This document shows, piece by piece, positions 27,651 through 44,066 of a stretch of DNA of 64,000 nt. The DNA is from Eledone cirrhosa (lineage: Eukaryota): NCBI GenBank assembly GCA_964016885.1, contig OZ024763.1:3410001-3474000 (forward strand), given 5' to 3'. A program made the position numbers and the translations under genes. Each line of letters starts with the position of its first letter. Positions within the stretch are counted from its first letter, which is position 1. The notes under the pieces were generated by a model. The model was not told the DNA's origin and ran no database searches. It was given only the letters and a program-made list of their open reading frames with translations.

Positions 27651-27785
27651 GTACCTACATATGTGTGTATATATATATGTGTGTGTGTGTATATATATAT
27701 GTGTGTATATATATATGTATATATATGTATATATATGCATATACATGTATATATACATATTATATATATATATATATATATATAT

Positions 27786-28327
<542 letters not shown>

Positions 28328-28352
28328 ATAATATATATATATATATATATAC

Positions 28353-28385
<33 letters not shown>

Positions 28386-28595
28386 TATATGTTATAAATA
28401 TTTACTAGTTGTAACCCAACAATTTTAAATATAACTTTCCATATATATATATATATATATATATGCATATACATATATCTATATATACACACACACACAT
28501 ATATATATATATATACATATATACATGCCGGTGTAGTATGTGGGTGTATATATATATGTGTGTGTGTGTGTATATGTGTGTGTGTACGGTGTACA

Positions 28596-28638
<43 letters not shown>

Positions 28639-28806
28639 ATGTGTGTGAGTGTACAGGTATGTTCCATCATCCACACATATTCATACACAGACACCCACAC
28701 ACACAACAATTGGGTCATAGGAATATTACAGCTGGACCACGTGACCAAAGACCTTGGACTGACGAATATAAATCAATAAGAGAACTTTACTAAGTCACAC
28801 ACATAT

Positions 28807-28855
<49 letters not shown>

Positions 28856-28910
28856 TACACACATATATATACACATATTTACACACATATACACATGTAT
28901 ATACACATAC

Positions 28911-28968
<58 letters not shown>

Positions 28969-28974
28969 CTAAAT

Positions 28975-29074
<100 letters not shown>

Positions 29075-29123
29075 GTATATACGTATATATACATATACGC
29101 ACACAGATACATAGATACATATG

Positions 29124-29157
<34 letters not shown>

Positions 29158-29523
29158 TATACATATACACACCTATAGACACACACATATATATACATAT
29201 ATATACATATACATATAAACACACATATATATATATATATATATACATACATATATACATATATATACATATATATATACATATATACATATATATATAC
29301 ATACATATATAAAGATATATGCAAACATACATATTTATATATATATATCATGATACATACACACACACTAATATATATATATATACATATATTATAAAAA
29401 GGATGACTTTTCATTTATATGTATTTAGTTTTGTTTGTGTTTATATACACTTCAAACATATACATCTATATATGTCACATACGTGTGGTGTATATATGTG
29501 TCATACGTATATATATAAAATTA

Positions 29524-29556
<33 letters not shown>

Positions 29557-29623
29557 TATGTGTGTGTGTACATACGTCACACACAGGAATGTACGTCAAA
29601 CATTTTTTTGTTAGTGTCACCCA

Positions 29624-29747
<124 letters not shown>

Positions 29748-29768
29748 CATCTATATATATATATATAC

Positions 29769-29825
<57 letters not shown>

Positions 29826-29906
29826 TGGACATGTTATTTTTATCTAAAGACATTTTTTCCAATTCCAAACTGCCCATCCACTCAATCTATTTTATTTATC
29901 ATTCTT

Positions 29907-29942
29907 TCTTCTGATGAAGGACTAGCTTCCGAAACGTTAAGA
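29907..29942 (+). ncRNA. Minimal HHR motif in a PLE-type fragment (29822-30028)
   Basis: TCTT-CTGATGA-A-GGA(CTAGCT)TCC-GAAAC-GTT-AAGA. The tail recurs at 54507-54580. Confidence 0.75.
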
Positions 29943-30026
29943 CTCTCTTCTTGCTATATCAAGCGTTAACCTAATATATTCCTTAAATATACTGTACCGA
30001 TTGTGTTGTTATTTCTGTTTACATTT

Positions 30027-30873
<847 letters not shown>

Positions 30874-30892
30874 TGTGTATATATATATATAT

Positions 30893-31276
30893 CCAGGGAG
30901 TGTAACTTGGAGTTACTGTAGGTTCACCCGGGTGAGCACTTGATGTTTAGGTTCACTTCAGTGTCGAGGTGTAGAGCTATACAGAGTGTATTATAGTTAA
31001 ATAAGATAACAAGGACGATTGGTTACTCCTTCATTACGTTGGTGACGCGCGATTCGCCACTGACCTGCTCAAGGTTCAATCTGTATCGATCTGACCTGAC
31101 TCTGTAATCCGTGGTTCATCAGACCCCTTGTAATGTTAAGGGGTCTGACGAGTCACGGATTACAGAGTCAGGTCAGATCGATACAGATCGAACCTTGAGC
31201 AGGCCAGTGGCGAATCGCGCGTCACCAACGTAATGAAGGAGTAACCAATCGTCCTTGTTATCTTATTTAACTATAT
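30893..31276. mobile_element. Foldback with HHR (31142-31226 +) and left-side tail
   Basis: Arms ~30992-31129 and 31138-31275. GGT-CTGACGA-GTCAC...GTGGC-GAATC-GCGC-GTC-ACC; GAAT replaces GAAA in both arms. Confidence 0.8.
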
Positions 31277-32115
31277 ATATATGTGTGTGTGTGTGTGTGT
31301 ACAGGCAACTCACTTTACACATGTACGCAAATATACACATGTTAGTAAACACACTCTCACACACACTCACACTCACACGCAACCAGTGACTATACAGAAT
31401 ACAATGCAAACTTAAATGTTAAAAAGGTAAGTTACAGACACATTGTTGGGATGGTGGTGGTGTAGTGGTGGTGGTGTTGGTGGTGGTGGTGGTGTAGTGG
31501 TGGTGGTGGTTGTGGTGTTGGTGGTGGTGGTGGTGTGGTGGTGGTGGTGGTGGTGGTGGTGGTGTAGTGGTGGTGGTGGTTGTGGTGGTGGTGGTGTGGT
31601 GGTGGTGGTGGTGGTGTAGTGGTGGTGGTGTAGTGGTGGTGGTGGTTGTGGTGGTGGTGGTGGTGGTGGTGGTGGTGTAGTGGTGGTGGTGGTGGTGGTG
31701 GTGTAGTGGTGGTGGTGGTGTGGTGGTGGTGGTGTTGGTGGTGGTGGTGGTGGTGGTGGTGGTGGTGGTGGTGTTGGTGGTGGTGGTGTTGGCGGTGTGG
31801 TGGTGGTGGTGGTGGTGGTGTAGTGGTAGTGGCGGTGGTGTTGGTTGTGGTAGTAGTAATAGTAGTAGCAGCAACAGCAGCAGCAGCAGCAGCAGTAGTA
31901 GTAGCAGTAGTAGTAGTAGTAGTGGTGAATGAGGTAATGCTCCAGTGACGTCATGTCATGTTCTCTGTCATAACAAGTCACCAGACAACAAAGGAAGTGA
32001 AGTCAGAGAATGTAAAGCAAAGATCACTTTAGTATGATTCTCACGTAACTCTTCCACCTCCGCTACACCATACCATACACCTCCGCCACTTCATACACCT
32101 CCACTGCTAACACTG

Positions 32116-32149
<34 letters not shown>

Positions 32150-32155
32150 AACTAT

Positions 32156-32336
<181 letters not shown>

Positions 32337-32690
32337 GTCACCACAAACACAACTTCAAACATCACTACACGGTTTTCAATACAAATGTCACGCAGACAGA
32401 TTACAACAACAGTAATAACAATGAAGGGTCACAGACAGGGATCGCCGTGTGCTCTTATTTCCTTCCTTTCTTTCCTTCTTTCTTTCCTTCCTTTCTTTCC
32501 TTCTTTCCTTCCTTCCTTCCTTCCTTCCTACATTTCTTTCCTTCATTTCCTACTTTTCTCATAATGTTTGTATTTCTTTATACGTTTTAAAATAATAATA
32601 GTTTCATTTATTGGCCACGAAGGCCGACATATAGGGGACAACACAATAGACAGGGACAATGGGGAGGGGGTACAACAAAAAAAAGAAAAT

Positions 32691-33066
32691 AATTGTTTCT
32701 ACTTTTTGGTACAAGACCAGCAATTATCCCAGTGTATTACTGGTACTTTATTTTATCGGCCCCGTAAGGATGAAAGGCAAAGTTAACCTCGGTGGGATTT
32801 GAACTCAGACCATAAAGGGCCGTAAATCTTTGCTGCAAAGCATGACGTCAGACTCTCTACCGATACTGCCAATCAGAAAATAATTGTTTCTATTTTAGGC
32901 ACAAGGCCAGCAAATACCCAGTACATTACTGGTACTTTATTTTATCGACCCCGTAAGGATGAAAGGCAAAGTTAACCTCGGCGGGATTTGAACTAGGATC
33001 ATAAAGGGACGTAACTGTATGCTTCAAAGCATGGTGTCCGACTCTCTACTGATACTGCCAATCCAC
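32691..33066 (-). mobile_element. Two tandem family 1 SINE copies
   Basis: 32691-32873 and 32881-33066, each the reverse complement of the 17345-17522 type. Confidence 0.85.
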
Positions 33067-33660
33067 CAATAACAACAAACAAGAACATTGCAAACAACAG
33101 AAGTTCCCCGATAGCTGGTAGGGGGATAACCACCCAGGGTTGACTCAGGTACTCCACCAATCTTGAACGACCCGACGATTGGAGGGCTCTCCTCTCCTCC
33201 CCAAACTCAGCAGCCTAATTGGGTTTGAAGATTTGATCAGAGGTAAACACTGTAAGGTCGAGTGACGCAACTTCGAGTGATTAGCGGCCTTTAGACTCCC
33301 CTGATCAATGAAACAATTGTTAATATTAATAACAATTGTTAATATATGCATATATTACATATATATATATATATACACATATATTACATATATATATATA
33401 TGTATATATATAAAGAAAAAAGATGAAATCGAAAATGCAACTGGAGTCTCATTTCAAAAAATATATATATATATTTATTTAGTTCCTTTACCGGTTTTGC
33501 AGTTCTTCTGCTTTTCAAAAGTAGAGTTGAGATGGAGGGTCTGTGGTTTTTCTGACTTCATATATATATATATATATACATATATTACATATATATACAC
33601 TAATATGTATGTATATATACAAAAATTATATATATACTATAGTATACTATACTATACATA

Positions 33661-33852
<192 letters not shown>

Positions 33853-33859
33853 TATATAC

Positions 33860-33905
<46 letters not shown>

Positions 33906-33913
<8 letters not shown>

Positions 33914-34169
33914 ATACTTTGGGAGGGTCATGTTGCCAATAAGAAACACACGCACCAGTTGCTTTCACTTCAATTTATTATATATTTATAAATTTATAAA
34001 TTTACAAACTTATATTTATAAATATTTATATTTATAAATATATAATAAATTGAAGTGAAAGCAACTGGTGCGTGTGTTTCTTATTGGCAACATGACCCTC
34101 CCAAAGTATAACAATATCGGTTTCAACACACGATTTCAGATAAAGAATCTTGCTAAACAAATTCAGAAA

Positions 34170-34233
<64 letters not shown>

Positions 34234-34272
34234 ATACTTTGGGAGGGTCATGTTGCCAATAATTCAGAAACG
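33906..34272. mobile_element. Two truncated family A foldbacks (33906-34171 and 34229-34272)
   Basis: Same left terminus TTGTTATACTTTGGGAGGG and right terminus AATTCAGAAACG as 2283-2851. Confidence 0.85.
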
Positions 34273-34365
<93 letters not shown>

Positions 34366-34652
34366 TATATACATATATATATACATATATATATATACAT
34401 ATATATGTATATATCAATGGTATTAATAAATGGAAACAATATTTATAAAACCATATTTATTCTATTATATATATTTCAAGGGTTCCAAAACTTTGGTCCG
34501 CTCTCATCAGATAACATACACAGCTTGTTTTATAAATATTAACATATCCAGGAATGAGACCTTAACCATATCCAGGTAAAACTTGAACTTGTCGAGTGCT
34601 TCGAATCTTTTATAAATATATATCTTTGTTGAATTAATTAAATATCCCTTTG

Positions 34653-34727
<75 letters not shown>

Positions 34728-34729
<2 letters not shown>

Positions 34730-35360
34730 CGAAGGAAATGTGGTAAGGAACCAGGTGGACCATAACGCACCAAAGTACTCAATACTTGGGGTAGTAGAGT
34801 GGGTAATAGGAACCAGTAAGACCCCGACGGCTGAGCTCAAGCCGTTTCGACGGCTAATTCTGGACTAAATGAAAATTTATCCTGGTAATTAAATAGCCGA
34901 TCTTCTCAAGGGGTAATTCCATATATGGTCAAAGTGATTGTCAAAAGTCAGTAGTAGTTCTGTGATTGCAAATTAGTAGGGGAGATAGTGGCTAAACCTG
35001 CCAGTAGGAGAAAGAGGGGAGAGGGTGGAGTAGATCCAATCAAGCGTTGGTAGTGCCAGCTACAGCTGGGCATGAGGTCAAAGAAGATATTGACCTCATG
35101 CCCAGCTGCAGCTGGCACTACCAACGCTTGATTGGATCTACTCCACCCCCTCCCCTCTTTCTCCTACTGGCAGGTTTAGCCACTATCTCCCCTACTAATT
35201 TGCAATCACAGAATTACTACTGACTTTTGACAATCACTTTGACCATATATGGAATTACCCCTTGAGAAGATCGGCTATTTAAATACCAGGATAAATTTTC
35301 ATTTAGTCCAGAATTAGCCGTCGAAACGGCTTGAGCTCAGCCGTCGGGGTCTTACTGGTT

Positions 35361-35363
<3 letters not shown>
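34728..35363. mobile_element. Family B foldback with U3-A8 HHRs (34821-34914 minus, 35257-35350 plus)
   Basis: Tail 34728-34807, arms ~34808-35081 and 35090-35363. ACCCC-TTGAGAA-GATCGGCTA...TAGCCGTC-GAAACGGC(TTGAGCTCA)GCCGTC-GGGGT. Confidence 0.88.
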
Positions 35364-35399
<36 letters not shown>

Positions 35400-35513
35400 C
35401 CAATTTATTTTATCTGATGAGGACGTATTGATGAAATAGCTCATTACCTCTGAAATATGTATAATAAAATATATTTGATCACATGAATGTCTATATTTAT
35501 TAATATTTTGAAG

Positions 35514-35571
<58 letters not shown>

Positions 35572-35643
35572 GGAGCTTCCAACAGAAATGGTCGCATTCT
35601 TTAAGGGTATGTCAATATTTATTTATAAAACTGATCTATATTA

Positions 35644-35708
35644 TATTTTATCTGATGAAAGCACACCATAATTTAACTTGGTGTCCTTGAAATATGTATA
35701 ATGAAATA
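35644..35708 (+). ncRNA. HHR motif (relatives 35406-35470 + and 34458-34518 minus)
   Basis: TATTTTAT-CTGATGA-AAGCACACCA..TGGTGTCCTT-GAAAT-ATGT-ATA-ATGAAATA. Confidence 0.7.
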
Positions 35709-35749
35709 AATATGGTTTTATAAATATAGTTTCCATTTGTTAATATATC

Positions 35750-35849
<100 letters not shown>

Positions 35850-36058
35850 TATATATATATATATATAGATTATTTCTGAAGACAGCATATATATGTGTAG
35901 GTATGTATATTCCCTCTGATAGTTTGTATAAATATTGTACATAGATCTATAGAATATGCATACCAACTCTAACACATATATATCCTAGAAACGATCGTAA
36001 AATGATGAATTTTTTTTAATATAAGGAACTGTTTCTTTGTTTATTCATTATTTTATTA

Positions 36059-36097
<39 letters not shown>

Positions 36098-36098
36098 T

Positions 36099-36137
<39 letters not shown>

Positions 36138-36655
36138 TATTTATTTATGTCCTAAATTGTGAAAACGTGAGCATGTGTCACGATGTCATTGACGGACACC
36201 ATTGTTCCTCATCAATACTGGATTCTATGTTGACAAATATCGGATAGGTGTGGGAGAGGTGGGGTGGGGTGGGGCGGGGAGCTAAGGTGGGGTTGGAGAC
36301 GTAGTGTGGGGATGTAGGAGTGGGGGGGAGGTATGGTGATGTGGAGGGGCTATGGTGGGGGTGGTGGGGAGGTAGTGTTGGGTGGGGGAGTAATTTATAT
36401 GATAAAATAAATATGGTTTTATAAAGATAGTTTCCATTTATTATGGAAACTACGTGTGTGTGTGTGTGTGTGAATATCGATATATCTATATATATATATC
36501 TATATATCTATCTATTGACGTCCGACGTGCGTCAAAAACGTAAAGACTCTTTTCATATTCTATTAAGCGTTAAACTAATATTTTTCTTCATTGTACTTTG
36601 TGGTCTGCTTTGTTATTTCTGTTTACTTTTTCCACACATATATATATATGAATAT

Positions 36656-36691
<36 letters not shown>

Positions 36692-37364
36692 GGAAAGTTA
36701 TATTTAAAATTGTTGGGTTACAACTAGTAAATATTTATAACTGATATAAAAGCACTCGACAAATATTTGGAGTATATTTACAATATTAAACTCAGATCGT
36801 AAAGGGACGTAACTATGCTGGAAAGCATAGCGCCCGACCCTCTACCGATACTGCCAATCCACCGCCCTGATGTAATGTAACCTATTAACTATTGCTGCAA
36901 CTATTAAAAACAGTTTCTGCGACTACGCTACATCCTTTATGTATATATGCACATATATACACCAGGTCCGAGCATAAAAGGACCAAAATCCTACTGTCTC
37001 TGCCTCTGTCTCTCCCCCTCTCAACATCTCTGGGCTGTAATCCAAATATACTCGTATATTTTGAGGGGAGTTCTTTCTTTGTCATGTTAACGAAAGTACC
37101 ATGCACCATGTTTCTATCTCAATTCTCGTCAGTTGAATCACGTTGGTTTGTAGTCATTTTCCTGTGAGTATTGTTTCGTCAATATGTGTGTAATTCGCGG
37201 TGTCTCACTGAGTTGTGGCGTTCTATGTGCATTAGTAGGACTTTAGTATCAACTTTAGTAAACCGAAACTATTGTGATTTCTGGAGATTGACTGAATAGA
37301 AGGGACTGATCGTTTCTCTGAAGGGACTGATCGTTTTCCCGTTCTTTTTATCTTGTGCAACCCC

Positions 37365-37475
<111 letters not shown>

Positions 37476-37547
37476 ATGTATGTACATATACATATGTATA
37501 TATATATATATATATATGTGTATATATATATATATATGTATGCATAT

Positions 37548-37581
<34 letters not shown>

Positions 37582-37680
37582 ATACATACACACCCCATGA
37601 ATGAGTTTCCTAAATCAATCTTTCTTTAGAAAACTGGGTGGGTCTTGTATTCCTTCCTAAAACGTTGGGTTATGTATGTC

Positions 37681-37757
<77 letters not shown>

Positions 37758-37766
37758 TTATGTATG

Positions 37767-37797
<31 letters not shown>

Positions 37798-37846
37798 TTA
37801 TGTATATATATATATATGTGTGTATATATATATATGTGTATATATA

Positions 37847-37899
<53 letters not shown>

Positions 37900-37944
37900 A
37901 AATTGTACGGCTACATGAATGACACAGCTTTGGGACATATGTAA

Positions 37945-38010
<66 letters not shown>

Positions 38011-38014
38011 TCAC

Positions 38015-38102
<88 letters not shown>

Positions 38103-38323
38103 ATGTATATGTATGTATATATATATATATAGCAATGTATGTAAATGAGTGACAAGTCTGGTGTTAGTGTGTGTGTGGGGTTTCGATCCTCACATGCAGT
38201 TAGTCACGTAGCCGACCAGATCTCCTTCAACTCATGTAATTTACTAACCTACACACTCCCCCCTCTCTCTCTCTCTCTCTTCATATACACACACATTTAT
38301 ATATGTATATACATATATATGTG

Positions 38324-38357
<34 letters not shown>

Positions 38358-38398
38358 AATATATATATACATACATATATATATATATATATATACTC

Positions 38399-38445
<47 letters not shown>

Positions 38446-38565
38446 CAGCAGGTACAGTGAACTTTTTTTAATTTATTTTAAAACTTTTTCTTATTTGATA
38501 AACCTTGATTATATATATATATATATATATGTATGTGTATATATATATATATGTATATATATATG

Positions 38566-38596
<31 letters not shown>

Positions 38597-38626
38597 ATAT
38601 ATATATGTATATATATATGTATGTAA

Positions 38627-38757
<131 letters not shown>

Positions 38758-38791
38758 CATATATATGTATTATCTATGTAGATATACATAA

Positions 38792-38866
<75 letters not shown>

Positions 38867-39077
38867 TGTGTGAGTGTGTGTATTTAACGCAGCACCTGCA
38901 CACTCACACACACAGTATGTCTCTCTCTCAGTCACATACACTCATACAGTCTCACTCACACACACACACATGCACACAGTTGCACCGCCGTTAATATAAA
39001 CATGTTTAATGCACGTAATTACATTAAAACAAACATTCCTATATACATGTGTACATATGTGTGTATATGTGTGTATG

Positions 39078-39181
<104 letters not shown>

Positions 39182-40102
39182 TATATATATACACACACAC
39201 TCATATATATAAATACATATATGGATACATGCATATATACATATGAATATATATGTACGTCTGTATATATATATATACATATATGTATACACACATATAT
39301 ACATATGTATATATATGTACGTATGTATATATATATATACATATATGTATACACACATATATACATATGTATATATACACACATGTACATATATATGTAT
39401 ATATATGTATATACACATATACACACTCACACAGACACATATATATATATATATATACACATACATACAAATACATACATACATACACAATAATACACAT
39501 ATACATATATCCATTGATGTAACACACCTCCCCCCACTATTACACTGTCTCCATACAGTGGCGACATCTCTCGGCTGTCTCACACGTTATTATGACCCCC
39601 TTAAATCGCTGTCAACATTTACAGTTGCCCCTTCTGACAACAACAACATCAAACCATATATACACATACATATATACACATACATATATACACATACATA
39701 TATATATATATACACACATATACCTTACATATACCTTACACATACGTACACATAGATATATGTATACATATATACACATACATATATACACATACATATA
39801 TACACATACATATATATATATACACACATATACCTTACATATACCTTACACATACGTACACATAGATATATGTATACATATATACACATACATATATACA
39901 CATACATATATACACATACATACGTACATAAACATACATACGCATGCATATATACATATACATATATACACATACATATATACCCATACATATATACACA
40001 TACATATATACACATACATATATATATATACATACACATACATATATACAAATATATATATATACACATACATATATGTATCTGCCCATATTTCCTCTTG
40101 TT

Positions 40103-40159
40103 GTTTTGATTTCCCTGATGAGTCCTTAATAGGACGAAACATTGTCGGCTAATAAAAAC
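40103..40159 (+). ncRNA. HHR motif in a PLE-type fragment ending ~40300
   Basis: CC-CTGATGA-GTCCT(TAAT)AGGAC-GAAAC-ATT-GTC-GG with interrupted stem I. The tail recurs at 48659-48718 and 60350-60448. Confidence 0.8.
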
Positions 40160-40519
40160 TTTTGATGTATTAAAGGATTCTTTGTTTTACTCTCTTAATT
40201 TTTTGGCTCTGTTTAACTGCATTGAGCTATACCTTTTACTGTCATTTCTATAATACGAAGAGGGTGTTTGACTCAAACACGCTCCGGTATTCTAATCCTT
40301 ATATACACATACATACATTACATACAAATACGTACACATACATATATACACATACATATATACACATACATACATACATATACATATATATATATACAGA
40401 TACACACACACATACGTACACGCATACAAATACGCACATACAGAGACAATTTCTTGTCAACCCACCCGTATATATACATATATATATATATATTCATAGA
40501 GTAATGCGATATTACAATT

Positions 40520-40586
<67 letters not shown>

Positions 40587-40739
40587 GTAATAATAATAAA
40601 ATTGAAGACTAAAATCCAAAGAGGGCTCGATAAGGAAAATATATATCAAATATATAAGAACCGTAGAGCATGAAAGCAGCGATTCTTTGCTTAAACTTTA
40701 ATCTGTTATTTTAATAAATATATATATATATATATATGT

Positions 40740-41560
40740 GTGTGGTAATGCGGCTGAACTGCGGATCGCTATATTTGATTTGCTAAGCTGTCTAAACGTA
40801 TTGTTATGACTCTGGGGTACTAACCCCATCCGAGTGCTAAAGCTACATACCGAATTTGCATTCGTTAGCTTGGCTGCAAACTAAAGCTTCGTTAGTGCTG
40901 TACTAAAATTTGTATTTTAACTCCTAGAATTAACGATTAATTGATTAATTTAATTAGATGATTCTATTGATTGATTAATTGTTTATGTTTGTTTGATAAT
41001 TTCTGGTTGAGTGCTTAATTCGGTTTGTCTAAAGGAATTTCATTCCTTTGTCTCAAATTTGAATCCACCGCCAAAGCGGGGGTTACCTCCCTTGGAGAAA
41101 ACCACGTGTCTATAGCGAAATTCACTGCTAGGACATACCCGCAGAGGCTAAAGAACACAAGACTGGCTGAAGAAGTAAATCCTTTGTTCTGTCGCCAAAA
41201 ACCATTAACTTGCAGACCCCATGCAAGCGAAATTTGTCGATCTTGGATTTGCAGAAATCTAGCGCTGATATTGTGTGCTGTATGTGATGTATATCGTGTG
41301 CTATACGATATGCATTATATATCCCATTCAGTCCCAGCGTTCTGTCCAGGTCAGTCTAAAATCTTTTCATCAGTCCTGTATTTTCGTTGGTGTGGTAATG
41401 CGGCTGGACTGCCGATCGCTATATTTGATTTGCTAAGCTGTCTAAACGTATTGTTATTACTCTGGGGTACTAACCCCATCCGAGTGCTAAAGCTACATAC
41501 CGAATTTGCATTCGTTAGCTTGGCCGCAAACTAAAGCTTCGTTAATGTTGTACTAAAATT

Positions 41561-41565
<5 letters not shown>
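40740..41565. mobile_element. Non-coding partial tandem element (650-bp unit) in (TA)n
   Basis: Direct repeats 40740-40915 and 41390-41565, offset 650, few mismatches. Confidence 0.8.
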
Positions 41566-41632
<67 letters not shown>

Positions 41633-41791
41633 TGTATGTATATATGTGTATATATATATATATATTTATTATTTTAAATCGATTTGGACAAACTGTAGTA
41701 TAATAATTAGTATACTTCAATCTGGCTAAATTTTTCTTTTGCAATATATATACAGATGTGTTGGTATCTGTGTTTCATCACATACATATTA

Positions 41792-41920
<129 letters not shown>

Positions 41921-41939
41921 TATATGTATATATATATAT

Positions 41940-42200
41940 CAGAGTTTTCCTCCTCCTAGAATTCTGCCTTGACAAAGGCTAAGGGGTAATCTCTCCCGGT
42001 GATTTTGGATGGCCATTGACTCTTAAGAGCTCCTTTGCCCTTTGACAGGTTTTGTTTTTAGTCCTGCAGGATGTCCAAAGTCATCCTCCTCACCAAGAAA
42101 CCTTGGTGGGGTTGCCAGTTTAGTCGCCAACGACCCGACCATGAGACAGGTTGTACTGGGATACATGTTACCAGTAGCACCAACTGGTGACCTGATATAA
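41940..42200 (-). mobile_element. Probable LINE 5' UTR fragment
   Basis: Minus strand ends CTAGGAGGAGGAAAACTCTGA, a motif recalled from RTE 5' regions. GACAGGTTGTACTGGG.TACATGTTACCAGTAGCAC is shared with ~49109-49144. Confidence 0.4.
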
Positions 42201-42543
42201 CACCTACAACCCTGATGGTATCCAATGATGTTGACTTGTTCTTCTTTTTGGTAAATATCATCTTGGTTAAGAGAGTGGGACTGGCTTTGTGCAGTGCCTT
42301 TGATCACTATAAAAGCTTCACGGCACAGGCATTGCTTTATATCTGGAGATATCTCTGCACTTGTCGTCACATGGTACCATGGGCCCAGCACTATGTGTTA
42401 ATAATTGTTACAAATGTAGTGTTTGTACCAGAGTTTTCAAGTCGCTGGCTGGACTAAAAAGTCACACTCGTTCAGCGCATCGGTAGGGGTTCTCCTACAT
42501 GGATATAAAGTAGTGGCCGTACTCGAAAACGAGTTGGCAGCCA

Positions 42544-42601
<58 letters not shown>

Positions 42602-42702
42602 TGTATATATATATGTATATATAAATATATATTTTATATATATATATTGTATATATATATATATATATATCAGGAAAGAAGGTTGACATTATTTGTTACC
42701 CC

Positions 42703-42763
<61 letters not shown>

Positions 42764-42776
42764 CATATATATATAT

Positions 42777-42854
<78 letters not shown>

Positions 42855-42928
42855 ATATTTATATTAATAAGTTGTAATATCACATTACCCCATGAAATGC
42901 GAAATTGTAACCTTCAGCTAATAATAGG

Positions 42929-42966
<38 letters not shown>

Positions 42967-43079
42967 GGAAAAATTTGAACAGGGACAAAACAGAGAGACA
43001 GTACAATAAATGTTTATTAATTTCACGCTCAGGAGAGTGGGGGGTAGGTGGGGGACGACGTTTCGGGCATATTTGCCCT

Positions 43080-43245
43080 GGCTAACAATAGTGATATGCC
43101 CTGCAGTTTTTCCAATGCACTTATCGCTCTCTGCTGTGTGGTCTTCCCTCTTTCTTTGAAACAGTTCGTCCTCAGTGCTTGTTAAGTGCAGAAAAAGGCT
43201 TCTGTTTCCGGTTTTAAATCATTTTTAACCAGCCACAACCATCTT
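43080..43245 (-). mobile_element. R4/Dong-like LINE relic
   Basis: Peptide WLWLVKNDLKPETEAFFCT*QALRTN..TAESDKC resembles the WL..LK.ETE..Q.QALRTN motif. Confidence 0.6.
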
Positions 43246-43278
43246 TCTCTCTCTCTCTCGCTCTCTCTCGCGCTCTCT

Positions 43279-43391
<113 letters not shown>

Positions 43392-43565
43392 TTTTAACAT
43401 GTCTGTGGAATATTTTATTTAGGAAATCACAAACAAATCTATTTTCTAAGAACTACAACACTGTATCTATCGTCTGGTAACTTCAGGATTTGAACTCAGA
43501 GAGCAGAGAGTCGGAACGAATACCTCAAAGCATTCTATTCGCCGCAATATATTTTATTTAGGGAA

Positions 43566-43952
43566 TCTACTATATAAATGGAAAATTCTGTCTGTCTGTG
43601 TATAACCAGTTGGCGCCTAAACTTCCTCAATTATTTGTGTTTGTTCTTGAGCGCTAAGGCAGTAAGTTTGCCATTCTTATACATAAGTTTGTTGAATAAG
43701 TTCGATACACTTCGAGCTCAAACTTCCCCGGCTTATTCACTCTGAATGAAGAAAGCTGGATAGAAGAAGGACTTATGACTTAAACAGCTATTGATAGTTC
43801 CACAGAAAATATTGATCTGCCATAAACACACCTAGCAAAGGTTGCTATTGAAAATCCAATATGGGCACCCAGGGTCGCTAGCATTTTCAGGCGCACTCTG
43901 GGAACTGCGAATAACCCCACCTTTCCCAGGTATTACCGGGTACCGCAGCTAG
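43566..43952 (+). mobile_element. Non-autonomous Helitron
   Basis: A|TCTACTATATAAA start, CCCAGGTATTACCGGG hairpin, CTAG|T end. An empty-site-like paralogue of the flanks lies at ~43412-43460. Confidence 0.78.
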
Positions 43953-44066
43953 TTATAAATAAATCTATTTCAAATAACAACAACAGTATAGAAATTTAAA
44001 AATTGGAAATGAAGGGAAGAGCAACAAGGACTCTGGGGTCCATGCATCTCATTTTTCTGAATGTTT

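Noticed and set aside
33230-33330. Segment ending GAAACAATTGT shared with 60823-60915 (minus)
   Set aside because: Only the stem III half is evident and no CUGANGA/UUGANAA core was found, so it is not counted as an HHR.
41025-41534. 169-aa ORF inside the 650-bp element
   Set aside because: No ATG at the listed start and no recognisable domain; likely a chance frame.
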